Position numbers and translations under genes: made by a program
NCBI GenBank assembly: GCA_963734545.1
Contig: CAVTHO010000005.1
Location: 198,886-262,885, forward strand
Direction of reading: 5' to 3'
DNA length: 64,000 bases
Source of the DNA: an uncultured Spirochaetota bacterium
GTDB lineage: Bacteria > Spirochaetota > Spirochaetia > SZUA-6 > Fen-1364
The notes under the pieces: generated by a model
Seen by the model: the letters and a program-made list of their open reading frames with translations, nothing else
Databases searched by the model: none
Told to the model about the DNA's origin: nothing
Shown here: one piece after another, positions 62,371 through 64,000 of the stretch
Position numbering within the stretch: position 1 is the stretch's first letter
How the letters are laid out: each line of letters starts with the position of its first letter

Positions 62371-63140
62371 TCGACGTTTCCTCGCACCGGCCCGCTGCCG
62401 CCCGGCGAGGTGCGCGAGTCCATCGCGTCCTGCACGTCCGCGACCTCACCGAGAGCGCCTTTGTGCTGCGGTTCTCCCGGGAAGGCCTTGTCTTCCGTGC
62501 CGGGCAGTGGGTGAATCTCGGGCTGCCGCGAAGCAGGGACCAGCGCGAGTACTCGCTTTATTCCTCACCCGGGGATTCCTTCCTCGAGGTCCTCGTCAAG
62601 GAGATCCCTGAAGGAACGGTGTCCCGCGCTCTCCGCCGCTGCCGTCCGGGAGATGCGTTGGAGGTGGACGGGCCTCACGGCTCCTTCACCCTGGTCGAGG
62701 GCACGCGCGCATCCGCTCAATTCCTGTTCATCGCCACCGGCACCGGCGTCTCGCCCTTTCACTGCTTTGCCCGGAACAATCCCGGACTGGACTATCTCCT
62801 GCTGCACGGGGTCAGGGACGCTTCCGAGCTGTACGACAGCGGGACCTTCGCTCCGGACCGATTCATCCCCTGCATCAGCCGGGGACACGGTGCCGAATCC
62901 GCGGGACACGGCGTACCCGCCGAACGGGTGCTCCCGTACCGCGGCGCCAAATCCGCGGAGTACCGCGGCGCGCGTAATGCCTATGCCGGCCGTGTCACCA
63001 CCTACCTGGCCGAGCAGCCGGTGGAGACTTCGCGGTACTGCTACCTGTGTGGCAACAGCGACATGATCTATGAAGCCTACGCGCTGCTGAAGAAGCGCGG
63101 TGTTTCCCACTCCCGCATCTTCGCCGAGGTCTACTTCTAG
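62367..63140 (+). CDS. Ferredoxin-NADP reductase-like flavoprotein (FAD_binding_6 + NAD_binding_1) with a repeat-encoded internal insertion
   Basis: ATGA overlap with the lipA stop. R.YS motif (REYSLYS), GPHG, FIATGTG.SP, and C-terminal CGNSDMI...F.EVYF. An insertion of about 30 aa (GHGAESAGHGVPAERVLPYRGAKSAEYRGARN) lies between ISR and YAGRVT. Confidence 0.75.
   Translation: MIDVSSHRPAAARRGARVHRVLHVRDLTESAFVLRFSREGLVFRAGQWVNLGLPRSRDQREYSLYSSPGDSFLEVLVKEIPEGTVSRALRRCRPGDALEVDGPHGSFTLVEGTRASAQFLFIATGTGVSPFHCFARNNPGLDYLLLHGVRDASELYDSGTFAPDRFIPCISRGHGAESAGHGVPAERVLPYRGAKSAEYRGARNAYAGRVTTYLAEQPVETSRYCYLCGNSDMIYEAYALLKKRGVSHSRIFAEVYF
62890..62975. repeat. GC-rich palindromic repeat (composite family member) inside the FNR-like CDS
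   Basis: GCCGAATCCGCGGGACACGGCGTACCCGCCGAACGGGTGCTCCCGTACCGCGGCGCCAAATCCGCGGAGTACCGCGGCGCGCG. It combines the CCGAACGGGTRCTCCCGTACC block (31.6 kb) with the GTACCGCGGCGC / AATCCGCGG block (33.0 and 53.9 kb). Confidence 0.8.
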
Positions 63141-63191
63141 GTCTCCACGGGATCCGCAGCCCGCGGAGCTCTGCGCCCGCGTTTTCCCGTG

Positions 63192-64000
63192 TCAGCGCAA
63201 AGCAGGCAGCCAGCTTCCGTGCGCCTCGATGAGGTCGTCGCACAGGGAGACGATGTCGTCGAGGGAAAGCTCCGCGGCGGTATGGGGATCGAGCATCGCG
63301 GCCTGGTACACGGTGTCCTTCCGCCGGGTCACCGCGGCTTCCACGGCGAGAAGCTGCACATTGATATTGGTCATGTTGAGCGCCGCGAGCTGCACCGGCA
63401 GCGCCCCGACATGGCAGGGGGTCACTCCGGCGGCATCCACCATGCAGGGTACCTCGACGCACGCTTCTTCGGGAACGTTGTCGATCAGTCCCGTATTCAG
63501 CACGTTGCCGGCTATCCTGAATGGCCTGTCCGTCTCCCGGGCATCCATGAGGTACGAGGCGTACTCCTCCGTCCGCGTGTGGCCCAGCTCGCGATTGCGG
63601 GTCAGGGTCGCGCGCATGGCCGCCCAGTCCTCGATCTGCTTGACGCAGCGCCGAGGGTACTCATCAAGGGGAATGTTGAAGCGCTGAATGAGATCGGGAT
63701 ATCGGGACTTGATGAACCAGGGATTGTACTCGGCGTTGTGCTCGCTGGATTCAGTCACGTAGTATCCGAACCGCCGCATGATCTCGTACCGCACCATGTC
63801 AGCGTGCGGCGCGGGTCGCTCGCGCGCCCTCTTTTTTATCTCCGGGTACAGATCGACGCCTGCCCTTTCCACTTCCAGCAGCCATGCCATGTGATTGATG
63901 CCGGCGATCCTCCCCCGCACGCCGACAGGGTCCATGCCCAGGCCCTCGAGAAGGTGGGGAACGCAGACCTGCACGGAATGGCAGAGCCCCACCGTCTTCA
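63192..64000 (-). CDS. Glycoside hydrolase family 4 (alpha-glucosidase/alpha-galactosidase type), C-terminal part; 5' end outside window
   Basis: The frame is open to the window edge (..KTVGLCHSVQ, the conserved GLCH Cys motif). INHMAW, YY.TESSEH..EY.PWF, and a C-terminal helical domain. Confidence 0.8.
   Translation of the reverse strand, partial: KTVGLCHSVQVCVPHLLEGLGMDPVGVRGRIAGINHMAWLLEVERAGVDLYPEIKKRARERPAPHADMVRYEIMRRFGYYVTESSEHNAEYNPWFIKSRYPDLIQRFNIPLDEYPRRCVKQIEDWAAMRATLTRNRELGHTRTEEYASYLMDARETDRPFRIAGNVLNTGLIDNVPEEACVEVPCMVDAAGVTPCHVGALPVQLAALNMTNINVQLLAVEAAVTRRKDTVYQAAMLDPHTAAELSLDDIVSLCDDLIEAHGSWLPALR

Noticed and set aside
1-64000. rRNA, tRNA, tmRNA and riboswitch candidates in intergenic regions (5785-5993, 18079-18179, 20028-20115, 25461-25596, 32223-32314, 55523-55688, 58521-58727, 59469-59564)
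   Set aside because: I found no T-loop/acceptor-stem patterns or known riboswitch cores by eye. This is a visual check only. tRNAscan-SE and Infernal/Rfam should be run to confirm.

Overview
This is a GC-rich 64-kb chromosomal segment. I recognised no rRNA, tRNA, CRISPR array, transposase or integrase. I called about 60 protein-coding genes by reading the ORF-track translations and checking starts, RBSs, overlaps and frame continuity in the nucleotides.

Content:
- Three CUT2-type sugar ABC transporters: xylFGH-like at 5994-9918, rbs-like at 13327-18078, and a third on the minus strand at 54410-58520. Each of the first two is preceded by its own two-component system with a sigma-54 (NtrC-type) activator. 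Each also has a near-consensus -24/-12 promoter in front of the binding-protein gene.
- Housekeeping genes: fhs, a pyrF-pyrE fusion, pyrD, pyrK, lipA, apbC/mrp, corA, fabV, aminotransferases, a SMUG-type uracil-DNA glycosylase and a deoxynucleoside kinase.
- Less-understood genes: an HMGL-type synthase fused to a Cache-like domain, a LacI-type sugar-binding domain fused to GGDEF, a protealysin-like M4 protease with an emfourin-like partner, an Rrf2-DsrE-TusA trio, a TetR-controlled aminotransferase/aldolase/kinase cluster, an orphan beta-class DNA methyltransferase, and a PQQ-propeller/HEAT protein.

A homologue of the spirochaetal P83/100 antigen suggests a high-GC spirochaete origin. That call rests on my recollection of the family, not on a search.

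Most interesting observations:
- (a) A histidine kinase whose only visible input module is an ABC-transporter nucleotide-binding domain. It is wired to a sigma-54 activator, a sigma-54 promoter and a sugar ABC operon.
- (b) A dispersed family of GC-rich, CCGCGG/GTAC-containing palindromic repeats at seven loci. Most lie inside or at the ends of coding sequences with the reading frame preserved, which resembles the in-frame palindromic elements (RPEs) of Rickettsia.
- (c) A tightly coupled apbC / sdhB-like / lipA / FNR-like operon.

Caveat: I counted at least about 25 reading-frame breaks by hand, and 11 of them are in fhs alone. After repair the protein sequences look intact and conserved, so consensus or assembly indel errors are more likely than true pseudogenes. 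All frameshifted calls should be read with that in mind. GC content and repeat counts were judged by eye, not computed.
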